Shown here: positions 61,775 to 64,000 of the stretch, one piece after another | Numbering within the stretch: position 1 is the stretch's first letter | How the letters are laid out: every line of letters starts with the position of its first letter | DNA from: an uncultured Candidatus Melainabacteria bacterium | GTDB taxonomy: Bacteria; Cyanobacteriota; Vampirovibrionia; Gastranaerophilales; Gastranaerophilaceae | Length of the DNA stretch: 64,000 bases | Assembly: GCA_949902595.1 (NCBI GenBank) | Contig: CATLDC010000007.1 | Span: forward strand, 29,496 to 93,495 | Direction: 5' to 3' | Translations under genes and position numbers: made by a program | The notes under the pieces: generated by a model | Database searches by the model: none | Told to the model about the DNA's origin: nothing | The model's input: only the letters and a program-made list of their open reading frames with translations

Positions 61775-62758
61775 TTAAGCAACCCCGTTGTTGAGCAAAT
61801 CATGGATGTGGATAACACCAACCGGCTTTTTGTTCTCAAGCACAAAAAGGTTGGTAATCTTCTTGTCATGCATTATTTTAAGCGCCTCTGCACTCATCGC
61901 GTCCGGCGTGATTGTCTTTGGATTGCGAGTCATCAAATCAATGGCTTTCTCTTCAAGTATTTTGGCAGAAAGACACCTTCTCAAATCCCCGTCTGTCAGA
62001 ATACCGGTAAGCTCTCCTGACTGGTTAATGAACCCGACACAGCCGAGACGCTTTGATGTCATTTCTAATAAAACAGCCTGCATATTTGAATTTTCGTCCA
62101 GAACCGGCATGTCCTGACCTGTGTGCATCAAATCGGAAACCCGCTTAAGAATAGAACCAAGCTTTCCGCCCGGATGCCTGTCATTGAAGTCTGATTTTGA
62201 GAAACCTTTGCGCTCAATAAGCCCGACTGTTAAAATGTCCCCGAGCACAAGGGTTGCGGTTGTTGAACTCGTTGGAGCTAAGCCAAGAGGACAAGCTTCG
62301 CCGTTGTTCGGAAGCTCAAGCACAATGTCTGCAGCTCTTCCGAGCGAACTTTCAGGATTCTTGGTTATTGCAATAAGCTTGATACCAAAACGCTTGCAGT
62401 AGCTTAAAATATCTATTAATTCTCTTGATTCACCGCTGTTTGAGATTGCAACCACAATGTCATCCTCGGTTATCATACCCAAATCCCCGTGACTGGCCTC
62501 TGCAGGGTGCACGAAAAACGAAGGTGTGCCGGTGGAAGCGAGCGATGCCGCGATTTTCTTGCCAATATGACCGGATTTACCCATCCCGGAGATTATGATT
62601 CTCCCTTTTGCGTTCTGCATAAAATCGAGCGCCTTTGTAAGCGATTCGAGCTTAAGCGAATCTCTTAGAGCCTTGAGCGCAGTAATTTCGGACTCAATAG
62701 TTCTTATTGCCGAAGCCCTGTCTAAATCCATTTGTGATTGTTGAGCGGTTGCAGTCAT
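61775..62758 (-). CDS. kdsD: Arabinose-5-phosphate isomerase (KpsF/GutQ; SIS plus CBS domains)
   Basis: SGMGKSGHIG, HPAEASHGDLG, SNSGES, LAPTSST, HPGGKLG, two CBS domains. Confidence 0.92.
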   Translation of the reverse strand: MTATAQQSQMDLDRASAIRTIESEITALKALRDSLKLESLTKALDFMQNAKGRIIISGMGKSGHIGKKIAASLASTGTPSFFVHPAEASHGDLGMITEDDIVVAISNSGESRELIDILSYCKRFGIKLIAITKNPESSLGRAADIVLELPNNGEACPLGLAPTSSTTATLVLGDILTVGLIERKGFSKSDFNDRHPGGKLGSILKRVSDLMHTGQDMPVLDENSNMQAVLLEMTSKRLGCVGFINQSGELTGILTDGDLRRCLSAKILEEKAIDLMTRNPKTITPDAMSAEALKIMHDKKITNLFVLENKKPVGVIHIHDLLNNGVA

Positions 62759-62818
62759 ATTCCATACTCCTTATGATTATATTTTACTACAAAAATTATT
62801 TGCCTTAATATAGTTATT

Positions 62819-63886
62819 ATGGAACAGTTGGTTGAATGCAAAGACAAAATCCATTCGTGCTCGAAATGCGGGCTCTGCCAGTCTGTCTGCCCTGTCTATC
62901 AGGTGACAGGAAACGACTGCACAGTCTCACGCGGGCAATTTATTATGCTGAGAGGGCTCATTAAGGGCGATTTGAAAATGTCTTCCAAAATCAACCGGTA
63001 TCTGGATTTGTGCCTCAAATGCGGCGCCTGCACAAGATTCTGCCCTAGCGGGATTGATGTTGTGGATATTATTGTTAAGGCAAAAAGCGCTTATTTTAAA
63101 CTCCATCCGGAGGAGAGGTTCGTTTCATTCTTGCTCAGGACTTTTGTGTTTGGTCTTGGCGTAAAACTTACTGGCGTGTTTTCAAAAAATATCAAGAGCA
63201 AAAAATTCGACAAAAAAGTCGTGTATTTTGGCGGGTGTGGCGCAGAACTCAAGGGAAACAGCTCTGTTGTTTCTATCCTTAACTCCTGCGGGATAGAAGT
63301 CGTGACCCCGGAGTTTGAATGCTGCGGAATCCCGTTTCTTATGCGCGGTGATTTTGAAAGCTTCAATAAATACCTGAGAAACTTTGTTGAAAAACTTAAA
63401 CAAACAGGCATAAGCGAGATTGTAACAACCTGCGCAAGCTGCGAAAAAACGCTTAAGGACTACTCAAAATGGTCTGATGACGGATTCTTGAAAGAAATAA
63501 AGGTCAGGAATATTTTTGAATACATAAGAGAAAACAACCTGCAGCCAGAGCTTGACAAGCATAGAAAAGTCACATTCCACAAACCCTGCAACATCAACAA
63601 TTTCGAGGACATTGAATGGGTTTTGAACAACACAAAAAATCTTGAATATATTCAAATGAACGGCTTTGACAAATGCTGCGGTCTGAATGGAATCTCGAAG
63701 GTTTCTGAATACAAGATTATGTCAAAAATCTTCAAAAACAAGCGCAATGACATTCTATCAAGCGGGGCAAAAACTGTCCTGACTTCCTGTCTTGGCTGTG
63801 AAATCGCGCTCAATCTCTATTCTTTTGGCAAATATCGCGTGTATGATTTTGCCGATTTTCTTGGCAAATACGCGAAAAAAAACTGA
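62819..63886 (+). CDS. Fe-S oxidoreductase (GlcF-like, CCG domains)
   Basis: CSKCGLCQSVCP, CLKCGACTRFCP, ECCGIP, TTCASC, HKPC, KCCG, TSCLGC. Confidence 0.85.
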   Translation: MEQLVECKDKIHSCSKCGLCQSVCPVYQVTGNDCTVSRGQFIMLRGLIKGDLKMSSKINRYLDLCLKCGACTRFCPSGIDVVDIIVKAKSAYFKLHPEERFVSFLLRTFVFGLGVKLTGVFSKNIKSKKFDKKVVYFGGCGAELKGNSSVVSILNSCGIEVVTPEFECCGIPFLMRGDFESFNKYLRNFVEKLKQTGISEIVTTCASCEKTLKDYSKWSDDGFLKEIKVRNIFEYIRENNLQPELDKHRKVTFHKPCNINNFEDIEWVLNNTKNLEYIQMNGFDKCCGLNGISKVSEYKIMSKIFKNKRNDILSSGAKTVLTSCLGCEIALNLYSFGKYRVYDFADFLGKYAKKN

Positions 63887-64000
63887 TTGCTTTTATACAA
63901 TCAGTCAAAGTAGTTTGCTCGTCTAGTCTAAATTACTGTCACTATGCACAAGTCTTCCGTAACCTGTTTACAGCAATAGCATTCTATTAGAGTGCAATGC

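Noticed and set aside
1-64000. rRNA, tRNA, tmRNA or integrase-type att sites
   Set aside because: None recognised; the prophage boundaries are fully explained by transposition.

Overview
Low-GC bacterial chromosome segment. The gene content (type IV pilus secretin/ATPase/platform, a Pmp-like autotransporter, motAB, a flagellin-like protein, HEAT proteins) resembles gut Melainabacteria (Gastranaerophilales); this taxon is an inference. An apparently complete transposable (Mu-like, contractile-tailed) prophage occupies 14415-46793 (32,379 bp). It has TGT...ACA ends, a 5-bp target duplication AAAGG and GTTTGAGAAA end repeats. It inserted between a flagellin-like gene and its probable promoter. 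The strongest unexplained signal is a family of ~54-bp imperfect-hairpin repeats, plus a ~60-bp hairpin module that is nested in some copies and stands alone at two loci. It occurs at 12 loci confined to the virion-gene region (25.4-39.8 kb), 11 of them co-oriented with transcription. Copies supply stop codons, sit beside ribosome-binding sites, lie in frame inside the terminase, protease and tail chaperone, and at two loci are flanked by apparent target duplications. Also notable: a MuF head protein with a putative RNase-toxin C-terminus faced by a convergent multi-stem small RNA, a Ner-less attenuator-like leader ahead of the transposase, a -1 frameshift in the tail chaperone, and a G15 tract before the flagellin-like gene. 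All assignments are by eye from sequence and motif recognition; no searches were run.
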